Below are positions 49,626-61,836 of a stretch of DNA of 64,000 bases, in pieces. The notes below the pieces were generated by a model, which worked only from the letters and a program-made list of their open reading frames with translations, was not told where the DNA came from and searched no databases. This DNA comes from Ostrea edulis. Lineage: Eukaryota. The stretch spans positions 86,118,001 through 86,182,000 of the forward strand of contig NC_079165.1 in the NCBI RefSeq assembly GCF_947568905.1, in the 5' to 3' direction. How positions within the stretch are numbered: position 1 is the first letter of the stretch; every line of letters starts with the position of its first letter. The position numbers and the translations under genes were made by a program.

Positions 49626-50363
49626 TATTCTGCCATAGACAAGATGAAGTCTGCAGATAGCTACCCTCCTTTTAATGTTGAACAGGTGCAAGTGAAAGTG
49701 AAAGTGGTAAAAGGCTACAAACAAAACAAAACAATCATAAGTTCACAATCATGACACACATCAATATACAATGTATATAACATGCCAATACATGCATGGT
49801 ATCCTCCAAATGAAATATAAAGTCATCTGATATCTAATTAATTCAGTATCAAATATTGAGATGAATGACACACATAGCAGAAGGTAACTTATGCTGATAC
49901 AACTATGACACTAATGGTGAACCGTAGAATGTAGGAATTGAATAAATCAGTAATATTTACAAGAATCAAGTATGTATTGCAACAATACCATCAATTACTT
50001 ATGACTTAAAGATAATTAAGCTGACTCTTGACTAAACACATGTTGCATGCGTATGATTGACACAACTCAATTCGATCTGCAATAATGTGCAAATGTAAAC
50101 AATAGATCATAATTGAAAATACAAATATATCAGCACGATAAGTACAAATGATTTACAAATAAATGTAAATACTTACACCGTGGCGAACCAAAAAGAAAAG
50201 ATGAATACACAGAATGCTCTAAACATTGCTGGCGCGAAGAAAAAACGTGCGTTAACTCAAAATACAAAAGAGTTCCATCCTCTCTTATATAATTAACTCG
50301 TACATATGTAATTCGTATAGAAAGAGAATGTTTCGCAAGTGGATTCAAACATATGACAGGACA
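49626..50363 (-). mobile_element. Putative solo LTR (738 bp)
   Basis: 5-bp TSD ATGCT at 49621-49625 and 50364-50368; empty site at ~1587-1591; minus strand starts TGT, contains a tatataa box and ends ...gcagaata (CA not preserved). Confidence 0.7.
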
Positions 50364-50648
50364 ATGCTAGTCAGTTATAAAAATAAACAATGATATGACC
50401 CTCAATAAATAATGATATGCCCCTCAAATTAATTATGTCGAGATGTTAATCATTATATAATCAATTGTATATTGTATCAATATGCTAATCAATGATGCCA
50501 ACACCTTACTTCGGTATATCAATATGTTTGTCAATTGCCAAAACAATAGCCGATGGTTTAAAACTGCTAGGTGTATCAACATGTTGGTCAACCTTGACAA
50601 CATGCTAATCAACTATATCATCACGCTAGTCAGTTATATCATCATACT

Positions 50649-52144
50649 GGACTTTTGCGAGAAGGGCTGATTTTTTACAGTCAACGGCTGACTTTGACAC
50701 AACCATAATATTCGGAAACCTTTTCATGACATATCTGTACATACATGAATAAGTGATGAACCGATGCATTGTACAGAAATGTTAGTTGTCCAAAGAGTAC
50801 CGAGTTGTCCCGGTTCATCTCCATACTCGTACTGTTTCTGGAACAGTAAAGTCTATGTGACCTAATTTCGCCATAGATTCCTCCTGCACCCCCGCTCCCG
50901 TGGGGATCCGGGTTAGAATAGGTCCTCAGTACCCCTTGCTTGTCGTAGAAGGCGACTAAATAGGGAGGTCCTTCGGATGATACCGCAAAAACAGCAGGTG
51001 TGGCATGATAAAGATCCCTCCTGCTGAAATCCCATAAGCGCCGAGCATAGGCCTAAATTTTGAAGTCCTTCACCGGCAGTGGTGACGTCTCTATATGAGT
51101 GAAATATTCTCGAGAGGGACGTTCAACAATATTCAAATAAATCCTGCAACCTCGGAGCCTTAAGGATGGAGCAAAAATTGATCAAAGTTAAAGCATCTTC
51201 CTTATAACCTCACAGGGCTCACGGCGGGTGTGACCGGTCGATAGGGGATGCTTACTCCTCCTAGGCACCTGTAATTACGAATTGTCGGTACGCTTAGCAT
51301 GCACTGTGTTGTGATTAAATAAACCTGTATAACGACTTCATACATTTTTATGATAAAAGAAAACGCAAAGCTCGTGCATAATAAACTTACATGTACATTT
51401 AATTTATCATGTTGCGATGACTTTTGTAAAGTTTGAACATGAATCAATTTATCTGTGCGAGTTAGGATTTTACACCTGTAATGTATGTATGCATGCAAAA
51501 ATGAAATGAATTGTTTTTATTTTTTGATAATTGTCAGATAAATGAAAGAAGTTCAGGCGGTTTAAAACCTAACAGGCGTACTATAATAATATTGTAACGT
51601 ACAGTGATCTGAACACGCTCACCGTTGCTTAGAGAAATACTACAATATCACTAGAAACGCTACATGTGGCTCTCTAGCGAAGTAGTAGAAATTCCTTACA
51701 AACTGTTCGCTACACTTCCTACGCTCAGGAAAGCTTCGTTCCAAAGCTTAGCATGGATCTTCTCCGATTGTTTGGCACCTCTTCGGCAAAGACATCCGCC
51801 CTTCACGATGATAACCACCGTTGTCCCCGGACGAAACCCCGTCCGTACATGAACACAAAGTCCCAGAAATACTCTATCGGAAGTAGGTCTCCCACCACAC
51901 ATCAGTCACTACCCTGCCATGATTTTGTAACGTGCAGTGGTTTGAACACGCTCGCCTTTGCTTTTGCGTGATCAAGAGAAATCACCAAAAAAAAAAAAAA
52001 AAAAGCCAGCTGAAGAGCGAGGCAGTAGAAGTTCCCTGTATAAATGCTAACAAGTCGATATTACATATATTTAACGATATTGTGCTTCCATACCATACGC
52101 AGGTTTACGTTGATTGTGAAAGTCAGCCCTTCTCGCAAAAGTCC
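50649..52144. mobile_element. Non-autonomous TIR transposon (1496 bp) inserted in the 18/21-bp minisatellite
   Basis: TIR ggacttttgcgagaagggctga (22 bp perfect, extends imperfectly); apparent 3-bp TSD ACT; nested SINE and Penelope-like fragment; absent from copy 1. Confidence 0.85.
50891..51140 (+). mobile_element. SINE (Meta-domain-like core), nested in the TIR element
   Basis: Paralog of 36072-36332. Confidence 0.7.
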
Positions 52145-52342
52145 ACTAGTCAATTATATCATCATGTGAGTCAATTATACCATATTAGTCAATTATATCA
52201 TCATGTGAGTCAATTATATCATCAAGTGAGTCAATTATATCATCATGTGAGTCAATTATATCATCAAGTGAGTCAATTATATCATCAAGTGAGTCAATTA
52301 TATCATCATGTGAGTCAATTATATCATCATGTGAGTCAATTA
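52145..52342 (+). repeat. Short copy of the 18/21-bp (SQLYHH) minisatellite
   Basis: About 10 units; same right flank (cttttgattcagtacaataaaaatg) as at 4020. Confidence 0.92.
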
Positions 52343-52389
52343 TATCATACTAGTCAATTATAGTCTTTTGATTCAGTACAATAAAAATG

Positions 52390-53040
52390 TGAAGATTACG
52401 AACAGTGACCAATCTAAAAAAAACTATCATGAAGAATAACTAAGTAATAATAGAGCAAACACGGACCCCTGGACACACCAGAGGTGGGATCAAGTGTTTA
52501 GGGAGAGTAAACATACCCTATCGACCGGTCACACTTGCCATGAGCCCCATATTTTGATCAGGTAAACGGAATAATATGTAATTAAAATCAGTTTGTAAAA
52601 CACGGCCTGGCAATTGGTATGGAATACGTCTGACAGCCTTCGCCATAATGGCATGTTGTAACTGAAATTTACGAAAGCCCAGAAGGCCCTTTCGACATTC
52701 AGATTTTGAATCTCGAATGGGCTTTCGTGCAAATTAGATCGTTATAATAACGACCATATAATTTAAGAAATGCTGACTTTGAAAGAGACTGTTGATGCCT
52801 TACGAACTTATTTGTTAGTTGCCTATCTCGATTATTAAATACATAACAAGCTCTCGCGCATCCAACCAACTGTGAGACATACCGGTAAATACCATATGAA
52901 GTTGATGAATGGAATATTGCTAAAAACATTGGAAGTTGACAATAAAAAGCTGTTTGTTTAAAATTTGAGTTGTTAGTGTTCCGTTAATGTCCATGTTCAA
53001 TAAACCTCCAAATGGACCTCGCATGAAAATATAGTGATCT
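52390..53040 (-). mobile_element. Penelope-like fragment (paralog of 4050-4700)
   Basis: Collinear with 4050-4700. Confidence 0.6.
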
Positions 53041-53319
53041 TTCATTTCATGCTAGGACTATATTCACTAGGGATTGACATTCTCAAAAGGCTATATACAT
53101 GTATGTGTATTGTCTTCGTTCTTGCACAATATCATTCCAGTTAGAATATCATGAACTCATATCCTAAATTGGATCAAACTAATTGCATGTGCAGATGTTT
53201 TAGTCTGAAGAGTTTTTCAAAAATGGGATCCAAGTTTAAGTTTTATGAATTCTATTCAAATCTAAATTGTGGAATGTAAAACCATTATTTCCCTAACACA
53301 AATATACCCACAAAACTAC

Positions 53320-53500
53320 ATCCTACACGAACAACAGATAGGTGCCTATAATCCTACACGAACAACAGATAGGTGCATAAAATCCTTCACGGACAAGAGG
53401 TAGGTGCATAGAATCCTACACGAACAGGATATAGGTGCCTAAAATCCTACAAGAGCAAGATAGGTGCATAAAATCTTTCACGAACAAGAGATAGCTGCAT
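53320..53500. repeat. 30-bp minisatellite (paralog of 6265-6560)
   Basis: aatcctacacgaacaacagataggtgc units. Confidence 0.88.
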
Positions 53501-53534
53501 TAACTTTTGATTTTAACCTGCTTCTACATAAACC

Positions 53535-53820
53535 TAGGAAGTGATTGTTCCTTCGTCAAGCGCTCAGCATTTAGAAGTGAGAATCACAGGTATTTCGGAT
53601 ATGACCTTAACAACGGTGGGGGTGCCCCGTGTCCCGGCAAGCGCTGGCACGTTAAAGAGCCCACGCTGCTACCACCAGACCTTGATACTAAATTTCTGGT
53701 ACTTCACCTACATCAGGTGTCGTCTCAATATGAGTGAAAAAATTATTGCCAGACGTAGAGCAAAAAAAAAAAAAATTAAAAAAAAAAAAAAAAAAAAAAA
53801 TAATACAACAAACAAACCTA
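53535..53820 (+). mobile_element. SINE fragment with A-rich tail
   Basis: gtgattgttccttcg...gagaatcac...gatatgacctt...tatgagtgaaaaatt followed by poly-A and acaaacaaac. Confidence 0.6.
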
Positions 53821-54001
53821 CTTAGTTTTCATCAATTCATTTGAATGCTAATTTGCATATATTACCATATAAATGTAAAGCATTGATCACAATTTTTGAG
53901 ATGAGAAAAGATTTAAGGATACATAAAAAATGTCTCTGTTGGACAAATAACTTCATATAGAAAAGCAGCTTTTAAAAATGGTCGAAGTTCCACTCAAATT
54001 A

Positions 54002-55231
54002 TCATGAACCGATGACTGCCATCATCACAAGATATAGTAAATTATTTGAAACCAATAAAACAAGGAAAAAAAATAAAAACAATCTGTCGAAAGCTAACCC
54101 GACATCGTTCCAAGTGACAGTCCATGTGACGTCACTGCCCGCGTCATCGTTTACACATTCTACTGCAGATTTCCCCGTATCCCCATACTTTTCTATTGAA
54201 ACTGTAGATATTTTACGTTTACGACACATCATCACGCCGCGTGTAAAACTCTTCAATCTGGCGGGAATCTCCTTGTCGTCTGTTTTATGGTAGAAATTCA
54301 TCCCAAATACCACGGCTATCATCATAGCACAACCAAGTAACATGTCGACCAAAAGTTTGTAAGTTAAATACGATACATTCGGTTCTGATGCCTCGGGTAG
54401 CTTGTCTTGTATTATTGTGAGAAAAACAGCGACAGCCAGTAAAACGGTGATAGAAAATCCCATTCTCTCTCCGGACTCCACGGGCAAGGCGAACACTAAA
54501 ATCTGAAGAAAGTTCATGAAACAGATAGGTAGAATTAACCCGGCGATGTAATACGCGGTCCTTCGCTTCATGTTGATTTCCAGTTGAAGTTCCTCAAAAT
54601 GATACACGTTGACGTGATAATATAGACGAGTGCTTGTGATAGACCACAATCCATTCTCCTCGTACAACAACATGTCAAATGTAGAAGATTTTGGCCTAAG
54701 AATAATATCTGACGGGTTTAGAGCGGGAACATAAAATTTCAATGTGCACGTCTGCGAATCAAACGGGTAATAAGTAACGTCAGCATCACAAGTGGCTTCA
54801 TAAAGGTCAGGAGATGAACATGAAACTTCTCCTTTAGAGGATACTTCGCAAGACATTCCATCTAATAGTACCTTTCTAAATTTATCGTATGGATTCATCA
54901 AAACCAGAAAAGGTACCCAAATATCAGATATAAAGAGTGTTGTATCGTACAGGTCTCCACCATAGTTGGTAGGGTTCCATGCGAGTCGGGAATCTGTCCA
55001 TTCAAGACTAAGTGATCCCACAATACCAATTTTACTTAGTCCTTCCGAGAATTCCTTCAAACTCGTCAGATAGAATTTGATATCGATTTGCAGGGGGGTC
55101 GTTCTGTCGATTCCTGGCCTTACCCTTCGGTCGTACCCCGTGGTAAGGTTTGTGTGAAGCTGTGTCTGATCCTGTATGGTATATCCGTTCACACAGCAGA
55201 AATAACATAAAACGACCAACAAGCCTCTCAT
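54002..55231 (-). CDS. Single-exon nAChR-like Cys-loop channel subunit, non-alpha (gene A', 409 aa)
   Basis: Intact ORF, paralog of gene A with the same flanks. Confidence 0.93.
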   Translation of the reverse strand: MRGLLVVLCYFCCVNGYTIQDQTQLHTNLTTGYDRRVRPGIDRTTPLQIDIKFYLTSLKEFSEGLSKIGIVGSLSLEWTDSRLAWNPTNYGGDLYDTTLFISDIWVPFLVLMNPYDKFRKVLLDGMSCEVSSKGEVSCSSPDLYEATCDADVTYYPFDSQTCTLKFYVPALNPSDIILRPKSSTFDMLLYEENGLWSITSTRLYYHVNVYHFEELQLEINMKRRTAYYIAGLILPICFMNFLQILVFALPVESGERMGFSITVLLAVAVFLTIIQDKLPEASEPNVSYLTYKLLVDMLLGCAMMIAVVFGMNFYHKTDDKEIPARLKSFTRGVMMCRKRKISTVSIEKYGDTGKSAVECVNDDAGSDVTWTVTWNDVGLAFDRLFLFFFLVLLVSNNLLYLVMMAVIGS

Positions 55232-56339
55232 GTTTGTATTGTGGTATCTTCCAGTTGCTGTGGATATCTCAGAAACATCATGTTTTTTAAATAGATTTGT
55301 TTATCGTGTATATTTAGATACATCCGACTGGAAGGGAGCTTTAAAGCATGACAAAAGTTTCGTTTGACTCTCCTCGGCCAATTTAGAATTTCGATGTATT
55401 TTACATTAACATATGATGTCTCTTAAGTAAATGCCCTATATCTTGTTATTGATAGAGGACGTTTTCCACTGTAAATACTGAGTATTTTAGTAAAATAGTA
55501 TTTGTCATCCATGGGAATATAAACAAAATAAAAACTGCCTGTCCCTTTCAATTTTCTATCAGTGTTAAATCTTTTACATGTACAGTATTCTTTTGGAAAC
55601 AGTCCGACTCTACAAAGATTTAGTGACTGATTCACGCGGGAAAATATTTATTTATTTAAAAAGAAATCCATTTTCAAACACAGCGACTATATTAAACGAG
55701 CTTTCACTGTTCCGAAGTAGGAAATCCGCTGTCCATTGCCAGTCATGTGAGGAAATCACGGCTTCGTTTTATCCAATATGAATCAAAAGTGATACGCAAA
55801 ACACAACAAAGGTTAAAGAACCCAGTGTTGAAATGTAACGAGATTTTAATAAGGTTATCAATAGACATCAGAATGCATAACTGAAATCCAGTGATCGTGA
55901 AATATCTGCAAGGTAGTCCTGTATAACACCACCTTGTATGATAGGTAATTCAATACTGTATCATAACCGACACCTCTATTTATGATGTTGAGTTGGCTGG
56001 TATTGGAAATCAATTTACAGAATTACAAGGTGATTCGACAAAGCCCGACGTTGAGCTGTCTAGGACGATATTTAGTTACAGGTATCTTTAAAGGTACCAA
56101 TAAACAAAATTTAATTGCTATCAAACTAACATGGTTAATGTATCTATAGCAGCGGTGTATAACTAATTAAGTAATGTAAACTAAATCTAATTTCACTCTA
56201 CACTAAAGGCTATACACCGAAATTAAATTTCATTCTTGATTAAACCTCTTGGCTATTTTCGGTTAACCTTATTTGTAGAATGTATGTATTGCACGCGCCT
56301 ACTCTCCACGAGGTCAGAACGAAAACAATGACGTCGGTA

Positions 56340-57910
56340 AGTTTTACAATGGAGTACATGAAAAGTAAACATAACGAACAGTGATCAATTTCACAAATCC
56401 TATAAAGAATACAAAATATTGAGAGTAGGACAGTCAAGAACCCCTGGACACATCAGAAGTAGGATCAAGTGCCCAGGAGGATTAAACATCCTCTGTTGAC
56501 CAGTCACACCCGCCGTGATGCTCCTATCTTGTCAGATCAGGTAAACGGGGCAATATGTAGTCAAAAATCATTATGTAATGTTTGGCCCAATAATTGGTAT
56601 GAAACACGTCAGAAAGCATTCAACCTAACGACAGTTTGTATTTGTATATCCACAAATTCTATATATTTCACATGTATAGGAACTAAATTCAAGTTTGGTA
56701 ATGTACGAAACAATCAATATTATGCAAGAAGTTGTGGAAACATAGCAGACAGTATCCTAACGAGAAAGTCACGTGCTCATCTGTCAGCTCTTTCCGGAAA
56801 GAAAGGGTGTCAAAACACGCGTGGCATTTTCAGAATAGTTTCTTTGTATGCAAATTTAACTAAGGTTTACGTTTCATTTTATTTCATTAAATAACATACT
56901 GGTAGTAGTGATATATGTATAAAAATTTAACGCAAACAATTAAAAATGTATATATCTTTAATGTAAAAATTCGAACTTTAAAAATTCGAGAAAAAAGCTC
57001 GAAATTAAAGATACCACGGAGTCGTTCACTTCTGCTTCATACTTAGATATTTTATTGAAAATATATATTAACGGCAAACTAACAACTCAACTGTATGATA
57101 AACGGGATTTCAACTTCTCCATTGTCAACATCCGATATGTATTATGTAATATCCCATTATCACCTGCATATGGTGTTTATATGAGTACCTCTAAACTGAT
57201 TCGATACGCAAGAGCTTGTTCTGCATATGATAAGTTTTTAAATCAAGGCATTAAGATATATCGACAACGTTTTATCTATTGATAATAATTTTCATTCATA
57301 TGTCGATTCGATATATACATGTGAACTCGATATTAAAGAAACCAGAGTCGCCCACGGCAGTTTCATATTAAGGAATTTTATTGAAAATAGATATTAACGG
57401 CAAACTAGCAACTCGACTTTATGATAAAAGGTGGGATTTCAGCTTCTTCATCGTCAACTTCTCATATTTATGTAGCAATATTCCATTATCTCCTGCATAT
57501 GGTATTCATATCTCTCAACTGATTCGATACGCAAAATCTTCTTCGGCTTATGATAAGTTTTTTTTAAATCGGGACAGGCTACCGACAAATAAGTTGATAA
57601 TGCAGGGATTTCAACAGTCATTCAAAGTCAGGATTTCGTAAATTATATGGTCGTTATAAGAATCTAGATTGTCATACAACGTATCAATGGGTCAAATGCT
57701 GTCTGACGTGTTTCATACCGATTGTTTGGCCGTTCTTGGCACACTGATTTTGTCTAAGGATAACTCCGTTTACCTAATCAAGCTCACGACGGGTGTGACA
57801 GGGAACCATTACTTCTCTCAGACATATGATCCCACCTCTAGTATATCCAGGGATCCGTGTTTGCCCAACTCTCTATTTTGTATTGCTTATAAGAGTTATG
57901 AGATTGATCA
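56340..57910. mobile_element. Penelope-like fragments (paralogs of 10200-11260, 12040-12190 and 14826-15390)
   Basis: ORFs 57055-57282 and 57381-57641 read INGKL.T.LYDKR.DF.F.IVN...SPAYG...LIRYA. Confidence 0.65.
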
Positions 57911-58176
57911 ATGTAAAAATGCAAGGAAGTAATTTTTATTCAAAATCGGAACTATTTACAATAAACAAATAACTTGAGCTAAAAAGCTCTTTAACCGATT
58001 ATATACCATAAAACATATTACAAATTGTATATATACATGCACAGTCATAAAACTTTCAGGTGATAAGGATTCGATTCGATTCTGAAACTAACAAATAAGT
58101 ACGCTGGACAGTTATTTGTGAGTGTGTTGGAGTATTGATGACATCGAACGATTTTAGATTATGGTTAGTCAAGTCG

Positions 58177-59406
58177 TCATGAACTCATTATTCCCATAGT
58201 TGCAAGGTATATAAAGTTACTAGAAATCAGTAAAACAAGGAAAAGTATTATACACAACTTGTCGAAAGCTAATCCGACATCGTTCCAAGTGACGTTACTT
58301 GTGACGTCACTGTTTGCATAATCGTTAACACATTCTACTGGAGTTTTCTCCGTATCTCCATACTTTTCTATTGACGCTGTAGATATTTTACGTTTACGAC
58401 ACATCATCACGCCGCGTGTAAAACTCTTCAGTCCGGCGGGAATTTCCTTGTCGTCTGTTTTATGGTAGAAATTCATCCCAAATACCACGGCTATCACCAT
58501 AGCACAACCAAGCAACATGTCAACCAAAAGTTTGTAGGTTAAGCACGATACATTCGGTTCTGATGCCTCGGGTAGCTTGTCTTGTATTATTGTGAGGAAA
58601 ACAGCGACAGCCAGTAAAACGGTGATAGAAAATCCCATCCTCTCTCCGGACTCCACAGGTAAGGCAAACACTAAAATCTGAAGAAAATTCATTAAAGCAA
58701 TTGGTAAAAGTAATCCAGTGATGTAATATGCGGTCCTTCGCTTCATGTTGATTTCCAATCGAAGTTCCTCGAAATTGTACAGGTTAACATGGTAATATAG
58801 ACGGGTGCTTTTGATAGACCACAATCCATTCTCCTCGTACAACAACGTGTCAAATGTAGAGGAATTTGGTCTCAGAATAATATCTGATGGGCTTAGAGCG
58901 GGAACGTAAAATTTTAATGTGCACGTCTGCGAATCAAACGGGTAATAAGTGACGTCAGCATCACAAGTGGCTTCATAAAGATCAGGTGGTAGGCAGTTGA
59001 CTTTTCCGTAATCATATACTTTGCAAGACATTCCATTTAAAAGCACTTTGCGAACTTTATCGAATGGATTCATCAATACCAGAAAAGGTACCCAAATATC
59101 AGATATAAAGAGTGTTGTATCGTACAGGTCTCCACCATAGTTGGTAGGGTTCCATGCGAGTCGGGAATCTGTCCATTCAAGACTAAGTGATCCCACAATA
59201 CCAATTTTACTTAGTCCTTCCGAGAATTCCTTCAAACTCGTCAGATAGAATTTGATATCGATTTGCAGGGGGGTCGTTCTGTCGATTCCTGGCCTTACCC
59301 TTCGGTCATACCCCGTGGTGAGGTTTGTGTGAAGCTGTGTCTGGTCTTGGATGGTATATCCGTCCACACACCAGAAAAAACATAAAACGACCAACAAGCC
59401 CCTCAT
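58177..59406 (-). CDS. Single-exon nAChR-like Cys-loop channel subunit, non-alpha (gene B', 409 aa)
   Basis: Intact ORF; B-type flanks and C-terminus with A'-type internal tracts. Confidence 0.93.
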   Translation of the reverse strand: MRGLLVVLCFFWCVDGYTIQDQTQLHTNLTTGYDRRVRPGIDRTTPLQIDIKFYLTSLKEFSEGLSKIGIVGSLSLEWTDSRLAWNPTNYGGDLYDTTLFISDIWVPFLVLMNPFDKVRKVLLNGMSCKVYDYGKVNCLPPDLYEATCDADVTYYPFDSQTCTLKFYVPALSPSDIILRPNSSTFDTLLYEENGLWSIKSTRLYYHVNLYNFEELRLEINMKRRTAYYITGLLLPIALMNFLQILVFALPVESGERMGFSITVLLAVAVFLTIIQDKLPEASEPNVSCLTYKLLVDMLLGCAMVIAVVFGMNFYHKTDDKEIPAGLKSFTRGVMMCRKRKISTASIEKYGDTEKTPVECVNDYANSDVTSNVTWNDVGLAFDKLCIILFLVLLISSNFIYLATMGIMSS

Positions 59407-60524
59407 TTTGAAGTCTGCACTATCTACCGATAGAGGTTTATAATTTTACTACAGGGTTTTAATCCACAATGGGGCAATTTGGTAAATTGAAACTCTCGAT
59501 TAATGTCAGATGTTCGGTTCTTCTTGTCCATTTAAAGATTTCGACATATCAGTATTTAGTGTCCCTTGTTATGAGTGCATTCCTCGTCTTAATGTTGATA
59601 CAAAAAGTTTTACAATTCAGTGAAGTAGGTGTTCATTTAAAGTACCTTTTTATGTACGTGCCTGCCGTGTAATAATAATTAGTTTGTTTCTTATTTGAAG
59701 TTGCAGAGAACAGAAACAGTTTTCGGTATAACAATTCAACCCTTTGTAATTACTAAAATTAAATGGTTGGGAGCAAACTACACATTTTCAAAAAATAACA
59801 AATAACGGGTTGTTTTTTCAAATAACACGGCCATTCGCCATATAATCAATTTCGTGGTTTTTAATTGCTAAAGCCAAGCTACCCCTGAAGATAAATAACA
59901 AATATGCTTATTTTCTTTGTATGGTGCTTGATTTTCTATATGATGCTTTTCCACTCATTGACGGATCTCACCAGTTAAAGTGCTGAAACTTTTTTTTTTT
60001 TTTTTTACTTATTCACGATTATCCTCACATATACACATTGTAGAAAACAATATTTAAAGAAATATTATTATAAACACCCCTCCACTTTCAAGCTTATCCA
60101 ACTATTATCAACTTAAATATTACGGAATTATGTAAACTTGGTAAATACCTATATAAATGTTCATCTCTTAGATCTCAATTATTATAAGATTATACTCAGT
60201 ACCTATCCTGTCCATCAGTATGATATATTATGTTTTGTTACTAATTCATTGTATAAGTTGTTGTATATACTTTATACCTATGAACGGTATGGTTCTTGGT
60301 CAATAAACAATACAATACGGAGCCCAATACAGGGAGAACACTTTCTTACTTTTGAGATTTCCTTGCTCATATCCCCTTTAACCTCCCTGTGTGGGGTGCT
60401 AATATTTCATAAGGATTGTTGATAGATATCGTAAATTTGTGTTGAACCAAATTTTCGAGTGAGCCAACCAAACACTAGAGAACAGTATCATGTTATGCGC
60501 AACTAGACCGCCAGTATCAAGATA

Positions 60525-61836
60525 CAAGGACTGTTCGATATGTAATGTATATCTCAAAAGCATTCGACTCAAATACTGAAATGAATATTACATCCCTTCA
60601 AAGTATTCTCCACTGTCTGAAATACATAATTTCAATCTCTGAATCCATTTCTGAAATGCGTCACGGTATGCTGATTTAGGTAGACCTCTGAGGCACTGAC
60701 TGATGGCTGAGCCAAAGGCTTGTCGGGATTTGTAACGACGACCAGATAAGAACATTTTAAGTTTTGGAAAAAGGAAAAAGTCGCATGGGGCAAGATCTGT
60801 AGAGTATGGTGGGCGTGGCAAGACGGTATAACCTTCCCCGACTTCAAAAATTGTTTCACAAGCTCAGATGTATGTGATGGAGCAATATCATAAAGTAGAC
60901 GAACATGCCTAAATCCTGACACAGGGCGTCTTTTATGATAATATTTCTTGAGCTTTTTTAGTATAACATCTCGGTATTACCGACATGTAACACTTTTACC
61001 CTTCGGCACCGGAATTTGTACGGCTATACCATCACATGAGAAGAATATGCAATAAAGAACCTTCTTTGTGCTTATGGTTCTTTTGGTAACTACAGGTCTT
61101 CTAGCATGTTTAGTTAGCTATATTTTGTTTCCAATTGTTTTACTGGTTCAAAATAGTGAACCCATGTTTCATCACCAGTAACAATTTGGGAAACATTTTG
61201 AGCACTTGCTTAGCGGTTTGTACTCGTACCCGTTTTTTTGGTCATCTGTCAATATATGCGTTATCCATCTGGCAGAAATCTTTCGTACTTTCAAAATACG
61301 CTTAAAAATGAAACGTATCCGCGATAGCGATATGCCAACAGCTTTGGCAATGTCACGAATCGTGTATCTACCATCACTTTCAATTATTTCCCTGACTTTT
61401 GAGACATTTGCCTTGTATGTTACAGTCACAGGTCGGCCAGATTTTGCTGCATCTTTGACAGACTCTGTGCCAGTCGGAAATTTCTTTCTCCACCTACGAA
61501 CTGTCTCATAAGATACATGTACATTATCAGACCCATAAACTTCCACCAATTCAGTAAAAATCTGCATTACCGAATGATTGAGTTTTGTGCGAACTTTTAT
61601 ATAAGCTCTAATTCCTTTAATATTTTCAACCCATTTCCCAACCATTTTACGACAGTGGTCAATGTCTGGCTCTATTGAAATGACTATAAGTTTAAACCTA
61701 TGTGGAACTGAAGGCTCGTGTTAATACTGTCGGAAATGTATTGAATAGAGCTATTCAAGAATATCATCATCTACGAAATCATGCAAAGCGTTATCATGCT
61801 ATGGTACAATACACATTACATATCGAACAGCCCTCG
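60525..61836 (-). mobile_element. Mariner (Tc1/mariner) transposon, 1312 bp, with frameshifted transposase
   Basis: TA TSDs at 60523-60524 and 61837-61838; ~28-bp TIRs c(g/a)agg(g/a)ctgttcgatatgtaatg; HTH with SGRP, then IVTGDETW, LYDIAP and YSTDLAPCDF; empty site caagaTAtttatg near 18013. Confidence 0.95.

Noticed and set aside
57055-57932. Short ORFs as host genes
   Set aside because: They are pieces of the multi-copy Penelope-like RT C-terminus
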